In this document: positions 1 to 10,137 of the stretch, piece by piece
Layout: each line of letters starts with the position of its first letter
How positions within the stretch are numbered: position 1 is the stretch's first letter
Source of the DNA: Ruminococcus albus
GTDB taxonomy: Bacteria; Bacillota; Clostridia; Oscillospirales; Ruminococcaceae
Assembly: GCF_900109655.1 (NCBI RefSeq)
Contig: NZ_FOAT01000005.1
Span: forward strand, 1 to 64,000
Direction: 5' to 3'
DNA: 64,000 nucleotides
Notes under the pieces: model-generated
Database searches by the model: none
The model's input: the letters and a program-made list of their open reading frames with translations, nothing else
What the model was told of the DNA's origin: nothing
Made by a program: the position numbers and the translations under genes

Positions 1-19
1 TGTGATTTTAAAGTTCGCT

Positions 20-160
20 CTGCATTTTGGTTTCGTGCCTTGGTGATTGAGGGCTCTGCCCTCAAACTCCCGCAAGCCTTTCGCGAAAGGCTTGACCCAA
101 AGCTCTATTCACGGCAAAGTTTGTTTTTCGCACAGGTTTGCTGCCGCGACACCCCATCTT
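20..160. repeat. Intergenic REP-like repeat unit with two adjacent perfect palindromes (ttgagggctctgccctcaa and caagcctttcgcgaaaggcttg); related copies at 6556-6640, 21240-21530, 25560-25870 and 34440-34650
   Basis: The sequence strings recur in this window in both orientations; 25585-25640 is the reverse complement of 38-95. Confidence 0.7.
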
Positions 161-162
161 CA

Positions 163-636
163 CTAATGCCCCGCATGATACCTCTCCTTATCAGCACGCA
201 TCCTTTCATACGCGGTCTTCAACGCCAAGCGTATATCCTTGGCGGACTCAGCAAAGCATTCACCCGCCGCAAAGCTGATAACATCTGATTTTTCCAGCCT
301 TTCCTTGGCTTCAGCTATGCTCTTCATGTATCTGTCAAACTCTTCTTTTTTGAAACCCCAGAACACCGCAACAAATTCATCGCTGCCGAAACGGTAGTAC
401 TCACCTCTGCATTCGGTGGCTTCCTGTATCACCAAAGCCACTTTCCTGACCTGCACATCGCTCATCAGATGGCTGTGATAGTCGTGATATTTTTTCAGAT
501 CATTTATATCGGTATACAGTACGCCTATCGGTACGCCGAGAAACTTGCTTTCTCGTTCCGCCATGTCGGCAAACTCTTCAAATGCTGCCTTTTTATAATA
601 GCCTGTCTGTATGTCAATGTTATTATTTGCGGTCAT
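163..636 (-). CDS. Small GGDEF-domain protein with a degenerate active-site motif (RFGSDEF in place of GG[DE]EF)
   Basis: 157-aa ORF containing YRFGSDEF plus surrounding diguanylate-cyclase-like sequence; it lies directly downstream of the histidine kinase on the same strand. Confidence 0.55.
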   Translation of the reverse strand: MTANNNIDIQTGYYKKAAFEEFADMAERESKFLGVPIGVLYTDINDLKKYHDYHSHLMSDVQVRKVALVIQEATECRGEYYRFGSDEFVAVFWGFKKEEFDRYMKSIAEAKERLEKSDVISFAAGECFAESAKDIRLALKTAYERMRADKERYHAGH

Positions 637-672
637 GATATCACCTCGTTTATAGATTAGCAGGATAGATCA

Positions 673-1554
673 TCACTGCATAGTGATAGTCAGAATAAAC
701 TTGCCATTCGATAGCGCAGCTGATATAGTACCGTCCAGCATCTCGGTGAACTGCTTGGCTATTGCCAGACCCAGACCTGTGTTGCCCTTGGTGCGGGAGA
801 TATCCGTTGTGTAGAATTCATCGAAGATGTGCTCGGTGTCGATATCCTGAGAGATAATGGCATTTTCAAAGGTTATGCGCATATCGTCCCCATCGATCAC
901 TGTTATGGTCAGGTCGCCTGTGCCGTGTTTCAGGGCGTTGCCGATGAGGTTGTCGAATATCCTCAGCAGCATATTCCTGTTTGAGGATACCATGCGCTTG
1001 CGCTGATTGCAGTTGAATACTATCTGCCTGTCCCTGCCGCAATAGTCATCGTAGTAGTGTACGATAGCTTCTTCGAGAACGGCTACGATATCAACGTTTG
1101 ATCTTTCTGGACTTTTGCCGCGGGAGATTATCTTCCACAGCTCGAAGAATGAGTTTATCAGCTCCTGAAGCCTGATAAGACGGTTCTCGATTATGGCGAG
1201 CTCTCTGCTTTTTTCTTCCTCTGAAAGGTCTGAGTGCTGTATCAGGTCGATATATCCCATAGCCGAGGTCAGCGGTGTGCGCAGGTCGTGGGACACATTT
1301 GTTATCATCTGTTCAAGAGCGTGGTTTTTCTTTTTGTAGTCAGCCTTGGTCTCGCGTATATCTTTCAGCATGGAATTTATCTCCATGATAAGCTTATCCG
1401 CCATGCCGTTTTCGCCGTTGATAAGGCGGTTGGTGTCCTGACTTCTCAGCTCTGCCAGCTGTTTTGCTATGTTTGACAGCTCTTTCTTTTCAAGCAGAAA
1501 AAGCGCCGTCACGACAGCAAGGATCACCGATAAAATTACAACTGCCGCTGTCAT
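673..1554 (-). CDS. Sensor histidine kinase (one N-terminal TM, HisKA + HATPase_c)
   Basis: H-box VSHDLRTPLTS, N-box DNLIGNALKHG, G-box GLGLAIAKQ; N-terminal hydrophobic helix. Confidence 0.85.
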   Translation of the reverse strand: MTAAVVILSVILAVVTALFLLEKKELSNIAKQLAELRSQDTNRLINGENGMADKLIMEINSMLKDIRETKADYKKKNHALEQMITNVSHDLRTPLTSAMGYIDLIQHSDLSEEEKSRELAIIENRLIRLQELINSFFELWKIISRGKSPERSNVDIVAVLEEAIVHYYDDYCGRDRQIVFNCNQRKRMVSSNRNMLLRIFDNLIGNALKHGTGDLTITVIDGDDMRITFENAIISQDIDTEHIFDEFYTTDISRTKGNTGLGLAIAKQFTEMLDGTISAALSNGKFILTITMQ

Positions 1555-1762
1555 GACGGCACCCCCAATTCTATAATTGATCTTGTTAGCCCTTTAGAGC
1601 CCGATTTTTGTATCTGGCGCAGGAAAAGACTTCCTGACCTTGATCATACTCTGTTTATTTTGGGTCTGTAAAGGGAACGCTATAAAAATATAATCAGCAC
1701 CAAACGCCGCAGCTGAGAATTCCGCCGCGGCGTTCAGTAAAATTTCGGTTTACTATAAGATT

Positions 1763-2521
1763 TCAGACTTCTCTTTTTTTCCATATCAGATATCCCAGTA
1801 CGCAGGATATGACAGTGATAGCTGCGGATATGATATAGCAGTCGGTGCGGTAGCTTTGGGAACAGCCTAAAGCAAGTTTGCCTATCATGGTGCTGACCTC
1901 GAATTCTACCAGCTTTTCAGTGATCTTTTGTGCGCTCTCTATCTCACAGAATATGGATATGAAAAGTGAATACACCAGCGGTGTGATTATCACGATGGAG
2001 TTGAAAGCCGCGCCCTTTTTGAAAAAGAAAGCAAGGAAAACAAATGCCGATACTATCGCCACAAATACAGGGAACTGTCCGAAAAGGACTTTTGAGTATT
2101 CACCTAAGGTGGAACTGTACTTGCTGCCGTTGACAGCGCGGTTCACGAAATAGAACAGATAGTTCGCACCCAGGAAACAGCCCAGGGAATAAACTAGCGC
2201 GAACACTGTCTTAGCGAAATAGAACTTGCCCTTGCTGACGGCTGAGGTTATGGTGTTCTTGATGGTGTGCTCGGTGAATTCCGCGGTGATCGTGCCAAAT
2301 ACAGGCATTATAAGCAGGAAGTAGTACACAAGATTCATGGCTGCCTGCTTGATATCCATTTTCTGGGCACCGTTCAGGTCAAAATCTCCCCCAAGCATTA
2401 TGCCGCCGGGTTCGTGGTAGGCTATGGAAAGCATGGATACCAGGAAGGATACCAGCCAGAATATTATGAAGCCCTTTGTCTTGACTATGCGGTAAAGATC
2501 CGCTTTCATAAGATTAATCAT
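1763..2521 (-). CDS. ABC-2 type transporter permease
   Basis: 252-aa polytopic membrane protein; its start overlaps the stop of the upstream ATPase (2518-2521). Confidence 0.7.
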   Translation of the reverse strand: MINLMKADLYRIVKTKGFIIFWLVSFLVSMLSIAYHEPGGIMLGGDFDLNGAQKMDIKQAAMNLVYYFLLIMPVFGTITAEFTEHTIKNTITSAVSKGKFYFAKTVFALVYSLGCFLGANYLFYFVNRAVNGSKYSSTLGEYSKVLFGQFPVFVAIVSAFVFLAFFFKKGAAFNSIVIITPLVYSLFISIFCEIESAQKITEKLVEFEVSTMIGKLALGCSQSYRTDCYIISAAITVISCVLGYLIWKKREV

Positions 2522-3435
2522 GACTTCACCTCCCCCACCAGCTTTTTGAAATAATCCTCAAGCGAAACGCCAGATTCGTGTATCTTCATAACATCAACAT
2601 CGTTCTGCACCAGTGTTCTGTTGACGATATTGGGTCTTGCGTTTTCATCGTATATCCTTATCTCGTGGCTGTCTATCACCTTATAATCGGTGATGCCCAG
2701 CTGTCTTTCAAGGATAGTTGAGGCTTTTGCTGTATCGTCTGTGCCAAGTGCTATGCATCGGCTGCATTCAAGGTCAAGCTCGGATTTTGATACCTCTTTA
2801 AGTACCTTTCCGTTTTCTATGAACATGAATCTGTTAGCCACTGCATAAAGTTCCGAAAGGATATGGCTGGAGATTATCAGCGTCATCCCCCTTTCGCGGG
2901 AAAGCCTGCGGAAAGTCTCGCGCAGTTCGCTGATGCCTATGGGGTCAAGACCGTTGATAGGTTCATCCAGTATAACTATATCGGGGTTATCCAGTACCGC
3001 AAAGGCTATGCCCAGCCTCTGCTTCATACCAAGTGAGAAGGTCTTGAACTTTTTGTTCCTCGCGTCACTCAGCTTTACAAGTTCAAGCACCTCGTCTATC
3101 TGCTTGCGGTCTGCTATGCCTTTCTGATAGCAGTAGTAGCGCAGGTTCTGGTAAGCTGTCATATTCCCGAAAAAGGCGGGATTTTCAATAAGACAGCCTA
3201 TGCGGCGCTTTTCGTTCTCCGCCGCCATGCCTGTTTTTCCGAATAGGGAATACTCGCCGTTTGTGGGTTCTGTAAGTCCCGAAACCAGTTTCATCATTGT
3301 TGTCTTGCCCGCGCCGTTTCTGCCGATAAGGCCGTAGATATCTCCTTTAAATACGGTCATATCGGCATGATCAAGGGCGGTAGATCTTCCATAGCTTTTT
3401 GTAAGCTTCTTTGTCTGAAGTACGATCTCTCGCAT
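2518..3435 (-). CDS. ABC transporter ATP-binding protein
   Basis: Walker A GRNGAGKTT, signature LSLGMKQRL, Walker B IVILDEP. Confidence 0.9.
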   Translation of the reverse strand: MREIVLQTKKLTKSYGRSTALDHADMTVFKGDIYGLIGRNGAGKTTMMKLVSGLTEPTNGEYSLFGKTGMAAENEKRRIGCLIENPAFFGNMTAYQNLRYYCYQKGIADRKQIDEVLELVKLSDARNKKFKTFSLGMKQRLGIAFAVLDNPDIVILDEPINGLDPIGISELRETFRRLSRERGMTLIISSHILSELYAVANRFMFIENGKVLKEVSKSELDLECSRCIALGTDDTAKASTILERQLGITDYKVIDSHEIRIYDENARPNIVNRTLVQNDVDVMKIHESGVSLEDYFKKLVGEVKS

Positions 3436-3524
3436 TTTGCTGACCTCCGTTCTTTTGTTATCTTTATTATAACAGCAAGGTCTTAATAAACACTTAAATC
3501 AACCCTTAAAAAATCCTTAACCGA

Positions 3525-4196
3525 TCATTTTTTCATGCGGTAGCCTATGCCCCATACAGTTTCTATGTATTCCTCGTCACTGCACTCTTTCAGCTTTTTG
3601 CGGAGCTTGCTCATATGCACGTTCAGGGTATTGTCGTCGGCGGAATTTTCGTAATCCCAGACGGTATCGTAGATAAGGCTTTTGGTGCAGGTCCTGTTCT
3701 GGTTTTCCATGAATAGTTTCAGCAGTGCGAACTCATAGCGGGGCAGTTCAACAGGCTTGCCTGCCACCGTCACGGTGAAATCGGTAGCATTCAGCTCGAT
3801 ATCCTTGAATATAAGTATCTCCCCCGAGGAAGCCCCCGAATTCGCCCTTAGCCTTGCGCCGATACGTGCAAGGAGCTCATCGTTATTGAAGGGCTTTGTG
3901 ATATAGTCATCAGCCCCCAGAGAAAAAAGATCCACTTTTTTCTCAACATCGTGTATGGCGCTTGTGATTATAACAGGCACATTGTGCTTTTCTTTCAGAT
4001 CCCTGATAACTTCATCACCGCTGCGCCCCGGCAGCATCAGGTCTAATAGGATAAGATCCACGTCCTTGCTGTGGGCGAGAAGCCCCTCGGTGCCCGAATA
4101 GGCGCTTATGGTGCTGTATCCGTTCTGTCTCAGCAGTATGCGGAGCATATCATTTATCTCGGAATCGTCTTCTATAATAAGTATTGTTTTCTGCAT
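3525..4196 (-). CDS. OmpR-family response regulator
   Basis: Receiver domain (LLDLMLPGRSGDEV) and C-terminal winged helix (TVWGIGYRM). Confidence 0.9.
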   Translation of the reverse strand: MQKTILIIEDDSEINDMLRILLRQNGYSTISAYSGTEGLLAHSKDVDLILLDLMLPGRSGDEVIRDLKEKHNVPVIITSAIHDVEKKVDLFSLGADDYITKPFNNDELLARIGARLRANSGASSGEILIFKDIELNATDFTVTVAGKPVELPRYEFALLKLFMENQNRTCTKSLIYDTVWDYENSADDNTLNVHMSKLRKKLKECSDEEYIETVWGIGYRMKK

Positions 4197-4377
4197 AGTT
4201 TTCTCCTTCTGTTTCGGACTTTTATTATTATAACAAATTATTTCTTGAATGTAAAGAGATTGGGAAAGATTTTATCGGGTATACTATATATAAACATGAC
4301 CCTCCAAATGGTACAGAGAAACAAACTGACCGTACTATCAATGTGCGTAACGAGTCGAGCCTTCCGCCCGAGGACAA

Positions 4378-4405
4378 AAAAAGGCGGGTGCTGACCCGCC
4401 TTTTA
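4378..4405 (-). terminator. Rho-independent terminator downstream of the lipoprotein gene
   Basis: The minus-strand reading gives hairpin ggcgggtcagcacccgcc followed by ttttttt. Confidence 0.7.
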
Positions 4406-4406
4406 G

Positions 4407-4787
4407 TTATCTGAAAATATCGTCTGCCACATCTCTGCCTGTGTCGATGGTGTCATCTATGACATCGTTGCCGCCTTCGAGGATATCATCTATGCCCTCG
4501 CCGATACGGCTCATTACGTCACCCGAATCATCGCGGGAGATGTCATTGTCGCGGAGTGATGAGAGCTCCTCCTTTTTTGATGAGCTTTCGTCACGGAGTG
4601 AGGAAGTTTCGGTTTTGCTTGAAGTATCGGACTTTGAAGTAACAGCAGGACGTGTTGTGGTCACGGTGCTGCTTTCCTCATACTTGCCTGCCTTATACTC
4701 CGAATCGCTGCGCTCGCCTGCCGAGCAGGCTGTTATGGCTGCCGCCGCCGACAGCGCACAGATAGTCACTGCAAGATATCTCTTCAT
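4407..4787 (-). CDS. Ser/Thr/Asp-rich lipoprotein, hypothetical
   Basis: Signal peptide with lipobox AITAC; low-complexity S/T/D-rich mature part. Confidence 0.6.
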   Translation of the reverse strand: MKRYLAVTICALSAAAAITACSAGERSDSEYKAGKYEESSTVTTTRPAVTSKSDTSSKTETSSLRDESSSKKEELSSLRDNDISRDDSGDVMSRIGEGIDDILEGGNDVIDDTIDTGRDVADDIFR

Positions 4788-4956
4788 TGTTATCTTTCCT
4801 TTCTTTTATGGCATACTATTGTTAAACGGTGTTTCTCTGCCGTTCACTGTTTTTATTATTGACCATGCTAACGTGATTATACGGTGTCATGATAATATAC
4901 TAAATTTTACCGGTTGAAAGTTCATAAAAAAACTGACCGTAATTCATTTATTGGGT

Positions 4957-4985
4957 TGCAATAAAATCAGAAATATGCTATAATG
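4957..4985 (+). promoter_or_regulatory. Sigma-70-like promoter (TTGCAA-17-TATAAT) for the NSS transporter gene
   Basis: ttgcaa taaaatcagaaatatgc tataat, about 90 nt upstream of the ATG at 5078. Confidence 0.6.
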
Positions 4986-5077
4986 TCAAAAGGTAAATCT
5001 TATTTAAATTTTCGATATTTTCATGTCTGGACGGATAGGTGGCATGAGAGATATCAAGGAAACGGAAGTGTTAGAAA

Positions 5078-6484
5078 ATGGAAAAAACAAACTTGTCAAA
5101 GCGAAATTCATTTTCAAGCTCACTGGGATTCGTGCTTGCGGCGGCAGGTTCGGCGGTGGGACTTGGAAACATCTGGCGATTCCCATATCTTGCGGCTAAA
5201 AACGGCGGCGGTATATTCCTGGTGATATACCTGGTACTCGCCCTGACATTCGGCTTCACGCTGCTGGTCAGCGAAGTTGCCATGGGCAGAAAGACCAAGC
5301 AGGGATGTCTTACAGCTTACGGTGAACTTCACAAAAAGTCAAAGTGGATAGGCGTTTTTGCGGAGATAGTACCTTTTATGATACTCCCTTACTACTGCCT
5401 GATCGGCGGCTGGGTGCTGAAATATTTTACTGTATTCGCAACAGGCAACGGCACTGCTGCGGCGAATGACGAATATTTCGGCAGTTTCATAACCGCACCC
5501 GTTTCGCCTATTATATTCGACGTTATTTTCCTTGCGGCGACTGCTATTGTCATCGCACTGGGCGTAAACAAGGGTATCGAATCCATATCAAAGGTACTGA
5601 TGCCTCTGCTTCTGCTGGCGATAATCGGTATATCGATATTCTCGCTGACACTGAAAGGCAATGACGGCAGAACAGGTCTGGACGGCTTCAAGATATTCGT
5701 TGTGCCAAACCTCGACGGCATGGGCGCAAAGGATATATTCAACGTTGTGCTTGACGCTACGGGACAGCTGTTCTACTCCATAAGCGTTGCTATGGGTATC
5801 ATGGTAACATACGGTTCCTACTTCAAGGACGATGAGAACCTGATGAAGTCCGTAAACCGCATTGAGATATTCGACACGCTGGTAGCTTTCCTTGCGGGCG
5901 TTATGATAATCCCTGCGGTATACGCATTCCTCGGCACAGATGGCATGACAGCTGGTCCCGGACTTATGTTTATTGCACTGCCCAAGGTATTCGAAGCTAT
6001 GGGTCCTGCGGGCACATGGATAGGTGCTGCATTCTTTATAATGGTACTGTTTGCGGCGCTGACAAGCTCCATATCCATACTGGAAGCTGTTGTTTCGGGC
6101 TTTATGGACAAGTTCGGCTGGTCGCGTAAAAAGGCTGTTACTTTTGAAACAGCTGCTGCACTGGCGTTGGGCATACTTATTTGCCTGGGCTACAACAAGC
6201 TTTATTTCGAGGTAGACCTTCCCAACGGAAGCAAAAACGGTCAGATACTTGATATCTTCGACTACATCTCCAATAATATCCTGATGCCCGTTGTTGCTAT
6301 CAGCACCTGCATACTCATCGGCTGGATAGTAAAGCCCAAGACCATCATTGACGAGGCAACCAAGAACGGCGAGCGTTTCGGCAGAAAAGGTATGTATATC
6401 GTTATGGTGAAGTTCATCGAACCTGTACTGCTGTTTGTTCTGCTGTTAGGTTCGCTGGGCGTCTGGGACAAGTTACTGAAATAA
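5078..6484 (+). CDS. Sodium-dependent transporter, neurotransmitter:sodium symporter (NSS/SNF) family
   Basis: Hallmark GSAVGLGNIWRFPY motif; 468-aa protein with about 11-12 TM helices. Confidence 0.9.
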   Translation: MEKTNLSKRNSFSSSLGFVLAAAGSAVGLGNIWRFPYLAAKNGGGIFLVIYLVLALTFGFTLLVSEVAMGRKTKQGCLTAYGELHKKSKWIGVFAEIVPFMILPYYCLIGGWVLKYFTVFATGNGTAAANDEYFGSFITAPVSPIIFDVIFLAATAIVIALGVNKGIESISKVLMPLLLLAIIGISIFSLTLKGNDGRTGLDGFKIFVVPNLDGMGAKDIFNVVLDATGQLFYSISVAMGIMVTYGSYFKDDENLMKSVNRIEIFDTLVAFLAGVMIIPAVYAFLGTDGMTAGPGLMFIALPKVFEAMGPAGTWIGAAFFIMVLFAALTSSISILEAVVSGFMDKFGWSRKKAVTFETAAALALGILICLGYNKLYFEVDLPNGSKNGQILDIFDYISNNILMPVVAISTCILIGWIVKPKTIIDEATKNGERFGRKGMYIVMVKFIEPVLLFVLLLGSLGVWDKLLK

Positions 6485-6516
6485 ACGAAGTTTCGTGGTT
6501 ATATATTTTTTGGGGC

Positions 6517-6555
6517 ACCATCGGGTCTACTGATGGTGTCTCGATTTTTATAGAG
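6517..6555 (+). terminator. Terminator-like hairpin plus T-run after the NSS gene; a paralogous element sits at 21125-21165 after mscS
   Basis: caccatcgg-gtctact-gatggtg followed by tctcgattttt; a near-identical motif recurs at 21125. Confidence 0.5.
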
Positions 6556-6754
6556 AACTGAATTTCGCGGCATAGTTTGTTTTGTGCGCAGGTTTCCTGC
6601 CGCGGAATTTCACTCGTTGTGTAAATGCACAAAATCGACAACCCGCAATTATTTAGAATGTGGAATTTTGCACGATTGCTTGTTTACTCTTGACGATGGA
6701 GAGTATTTGTGGTATTATAAATATAACAATATTAACCTTTGGAGGTTACACGCT

Positions 6755-7573
6755 ATGTTCTTTGACGATTACCCTATCGTAGGCACTGAAACTCGGTTGC
6801 CTATCTACATAATAACCATCGGTCAGAATGAATATCAGTCCCACGTTAACAGACCCGAGGGCTTTCGCTACCCTCAGATAATCTACTGCACTAAGGGCAG
6901 CGGTATGCTGAATGTGAACGGTGCAAGCTACCGTATATCCCCGAATATGGGCTTTTTCCTGCCTGCTGATGTTCCACACGAATACTACACCACGGGTGAT
7001 CTATGGGATACCCGCTGGATAACCGCAGGGGGTTACGGCTATGACCGTATGCTGAAAGAATTCGGCATGACTGAGCCCAGGGTTTTCAGGCTGAGCGATA
7101 TAAATGTTCTGGAAGAGGGCTTTATGAAGATGCATGAGGCGCTCCGCAGTGATACAATATTTGGTAATTATCGCGCTTCGGGACTTCTTTACAATTTCCT
7201 GATAGATTTTTACAGGGTTGTATCGGGCGAGTACGAGGGCAGTGAGCCTTCGGGACCGCTGGTAAAGGCTATCGAGTACATAAACCGCAATTATCCAGAT
7301 AAGATAACACTGGAACAGCTGTGTGATGTTTCCGGGGTCAGCAAACAGCATCTTTGCAGACTTTTCAGGAAGTCACTTGACTGCCGACCCACAGAATACG
7401 TGGCAAAGCGCCGTATCCGCGAGGCTAAACAGCTTCTGGCGAACACGGAGAAGCCTATCGAACAGATAGCTGTGGAGACCGGTTTCTGCACCCCCGGATA
7501 CCTGTGCGAGCTTTTCAAGAGGTATGAGGAGATAACTCCCGGTGAGTACCGCAAGGAATTTACCAGGGATTAG
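6755..7573 (+). CDS. AraC-family transcriptional regulator (cupin sensor plus C-terminal HTH)
   Basis: HTH region ...GVSKQHLCRLFRK...IAVETGFCTPGYLCELFKRY; the likely start is the ATG at 6755 after RBS tggaggtt, so the longer ORF starting at 6584 is probably an artefact running through the repeat. Confidence 0.85.
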   Translation: MFFDDYPIVGTETRLPIYIITIGQNEYQSHVNRPEGFRYPQIIYCTKGSGMLNVNGASYRISPNMGFFLPADVPHEYYTTGDLWDTRWITAGGYGYDRMLKEFGMTEPRVFRLSDINVLEEGFMKMHEALRSDTIFGNYRASGLLYNFLIDFYRVVSGEYEGSEPSGPLVKAIEYINRNYPDKITLEQLCDVSGVSKQHLCRLFRKSLDCRPTEYVAKRRIREAKQLLANTEKPIEQIAVETGFCTPGYLCELFKRYEEITPGEYRKEFTRD

Positions 7574-7582
7574 TGTCGGCTT

Positions 7583-8065
7583 ATGAAAGTATCTTTTGAC
7601 CTTGATGATACGCTGTTCGTATCTGAGAAGAATTTTAAAGTAGAACCTGCGCTGAAATTTCCGCTTAATCATATATACAAGGAAAGGCTTCGGGCGGGGA
7701 CGATTGAACTTATGAAGTATATCCGCAGTGCAGGTATAGAGCTTTGGATATACACCACGTCCTTTAGGTCGGAAAGGTATATCCGCGGTATGTTCCGCAG
7801 TTACGGGATACAGCTTGATGAAGTGGTGAACGGCAAGCGTCATGCTGAGGAGGTACAGAAGGGACATTCTGAGGGTATGCCCTCGAAATATCCCAGCAAG
7901 TACCGCATTGACCTGCATATCGACGATGATATCTCGGTAGCGCAGAACGGTCGTACTTACGGTTTCAAGGTGTTCACCGTGGGTGCCCAGGACGATGATT
8001 GGGCGAACAAGATAATAGCTGAGATAGAGAAGATAAGGGCGAGGAAGAATGAGGAAAAGCGGTAA
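7583..8065 (+). CDS. HAD-like hydrolase-fold protein (DxDxT motif)
   Basis: N-terminal FDLDDTLF motif; 160 aa. Confidence 0.5.
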   Translation: MKVSFDLDDTLFVSEKNFKVEPALKFPLNHIYKERLRAGTIELMKYIRSAGIELWIYTTSFRSERYIRGMFRSYGIQLDEVVNGKRHAEEVQKGHSEGMPSKYPSKYRIDLHIDDDISVAQNGRTYGFKVFTVGAQDDDWANKIIAEIEKIRARKNEEKR

Positions 8066-8100
8066 GTTCGCTTTTCGTGGAAATATGAGAGAAAAAAATA

Positions 8101-8138
8101 ACGGCGGAAGATTTGGTTCTTCCGCCGTTTTTTTTGTT
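8101..8138. terminator. Bidirectional rho-independent terminator between convergent genes
   Basis: acggcggaag-atttggtt-cttccgccgt followed by tttttttt, with an A-run on the other side. Confidence 0.8.
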
Positions 8139-8139
8139 A

Positions 8140-8997
8140 TCAGAATTTTCCGCTTCGTCCGCTGAAGGAGTGTCCGCCTGACGAACCGTGTGAAACGTGT
8201 CCGTGGCTGCCGCCGCTGCTTCCGCTGCTGCTCTCGATGCGCGTTTTTGTAACGTTTTTGTACAGGAAGTTATCGCGCTGAACAGTCAGCTTGAAACTGT
8301 TCTTGCGGATATAGTCATCTGCGCCGTGCTGCATGGATACGCTGGTTAGCTGGGATTTTATGGACTCAGAAACGATAAGACCGATGACCGCACCGCCTAT
8401 CAGAGCGCCTAATATCCAGCCCGGATGGAGCTTGCCCTTTGCCCTGTGAGTTGCGCTGTAAGGCGTGCCTTTCTCCCATTCCTTGATGAAATCTTCACTG
8501 ATATCGGCGTACTTATCGAAGGCATCGTAGTAATCTCCGTCATGAAGATCGCCGATCATCTGATCAACAAGGAAACCTGTGCCGTAATCGTTGAATATCT
8601 CTTCGCCTTTGCCTGTGCACTGAATGGAATAATCTCTCGTATCCATGGCGAGCATGAACACGAATCCGTCCTTTCCATCACCCATGCCGAAGCCGTTGTA
8701 TGCAAAATAATCCCGTGCAAACTGATCGGGGGCTCTTCCGCCAAGGGAGTTGACGGTCACGAGGACTACATCGATGTTATGCTCTTCGCTTATACTATCA
8801 AGCCTTGAAAGAAGCTTATCTTCTGCGAAACCCGGGAGGATATCAGCATCATCCACCACGCGGGGCTTTAATCTTTCGGGAGCATACAAGTTTTGTGATG
8901 CGTATTCTTCGGGGATCAGAGCTAAGGCAGGTATTGCGCTTATTATCATTACTGCTGCTGCCGCAAGGACTGCAAATATCTTTTTCATGATGCGCAC
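8140..8997 (-). CDS. TPM-domain (TLP18.3/Psb32/MOLO-1, YgcG-like) protein with signal peptide, C-terminal TM and Gly/Ser-rich tail
   Basis: Signal peptide; TPM-like core (DDADIL...VVLVTV...GDGKDGFVFMLAMDTRDYSIQCTGKG); TM GWILGALIGGAVIGLIV; GS-rich end. Confidence 0.65.
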   Translation of the reverse strand: MRIMKKIFAVLAAAAVMIISAIPALALIPEEYASQNLYAPERLKPRVVDDADILPGFAEDKLLSRLDSISEEHNIDVVLVTVNSLGGRAPDQFARDYFAYNGFGMGDGKDGFVFMLAMDTRDYSIQCTGKGEEIFNDYGTGFLVDQMIGDLHDGDYYDAFDKYADISEDFIKEWEKGTPYSATHRAKGKLHPGWILGALIGGAVIGLIVSESIKSQLTSVSMQHGADDYIRKNSFKLTVQRDNFLYKNVTKTRIESSSGSSGGSHGHVSHGSSGGHSFSGRSGKF

Positions 8998-9000
8998 CCC

Positions 9001-10077
9001 CTATCTGAAGAACAAATAGCCTACGCCGAATATGGCTATGGCTGAGACTATTGCTGTTAACCAGAATGTGCGCCAGAATGCCTTGGGATCGCAGGGCAGG
9101 TTGCCTACGAATTTGCCTGTCTGACCATTCATGCCAAAGAGGAATGTCTGACCGTTCCAGCTGGTGGTAAGCACCCAAACGGGGTAGAGCGCGTACTTTG
9201 CCTTTGCCTGTTTAAGGCGGAGATTATCGCCCTCCTTGGTTACGCTGGTATAGCCTGATACAGTCTTTCTGAATGCGTCATCAACGCTTTCCTTGGCGCG
9301 TACTGTGGCGCGTTCTGTTGAATCATCGGCGCTTACATCGTACTTATCTGCCAGATAGCCTGCCAGATAAGCGGTCTGGAAAGGAACTGCGTCCTTGAAA
9401 TCGAAAGGACCTACGGACTCCATCAGGTCATCGGGCATTTTAGTGGAACCGTCAACGGGGATATTATCAAAAGACATGGTACCCTCGCGGTATACTGAAT
9501 AGTAGCTGGTCTCGGTGATGCGGTAGTTCCCCGAGGTATGGGAATGGGTGCGGGTACATTTATAGCGCACGCCGCCGTCAGCATCGGCATCAAAAAGCCA
9601 GCAGGGGACGTATAAGCCCTTTACCTCGTCCAGATGGTTCTGGTCCTTGAAGACCTTGGGCAGGAACTTTTTGCCCACAAGGTGCTTTTTAAAACTTTCC
9701 ACTGCGGCATTCTTATCCAGCTTGAAGGGTATGACATAATCGGGTTTAAGGTTGCCGCGGAACTGACCTGTCATGACAACGGGGTTATCGCAGTAGGGGC
9801 ATTTTGTAGCGCCAAGGGTCTCGTCACCGATTATCTCACCGCCGCAGGACTGACAGGTATAGACACGCATATTATCGGTCTCGCCCTCCTGCCATTCGGA
9901 AGCTTCGGGATTCCAGTCTAACTCGTCGTTGCCGTCTGTGCTGAGGTCTTCGTCGTATGCCAGCAGGGTATCCATATCGAACTCTGTCTCGCAGTAGGGG
10001 CATTTCATCTTCTGCAACTGAGAGTTGAACTCGATGGCACCTGCACAGCACGGGCATTTATATTCTTGTACTGCCAT
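9001..10077 (-). CDS. Zn-ribbon-rich protein with C-terminal TM anchor, hypothetical
   Basis: Three CxxC...CxxC pairs in the N-terminal 100 aa (CPCC...CPYC; CQSC...CPYC); C-terminal hydrophobic helix; 4-bp overlap with the TPM gene start. Confidence 0.6.
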   Translation of the reverse strand: MAVQEYKCPCCAGAIEFNSQLQKMKCPYCETEFDMDTLLAYDEDLSTDGNDELDWNPEASEWQEGETDNMRVYTCQSCGGEIIGDETLGATKCPYCDNPVVMTGQFRGNLKPDYVIPFKLDKNAAVESFKKHLVGKKFLPKVFKDQNHLDEVKGLYVPCWLFDADADGGVRYKCTRTHSHTSGNYRITETSYYSVYREGTMSFDNIPVDGSTKMPDDLMESVGPFDFKDAVPFQTAYLAGYLADKYDVSADDSTERATVRAKESVDDAFRKTVSGYTSVTKEGDNLRLKQAKAKYALYPVWVLTTSWNGQTFLFGMNGQTGKFVGNLPCDPKAFWRTFWLTAIVSAIAIFGVGYLFFR

Positions 10078-10137
10078 TAGTGTTTCTCCTAATCATTATT
10101 ATCAGACAAATGCAGAGAGCTGCCTTTGCCATACAAA

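Noticed and set aside
40-288. 82-aa plus-strand ORF
   Set aside because: It lies inside the REP-like repeat, is antisense to the GGDEF gene, has no RBS and contains low-complexity translation.
6584-6754. N-terminal extension of the AraC ORF
   Set aside because: The extension is translated from the intergenic repeat element; a good RBS and ATG at 6755 give a normal-length AraC protein.
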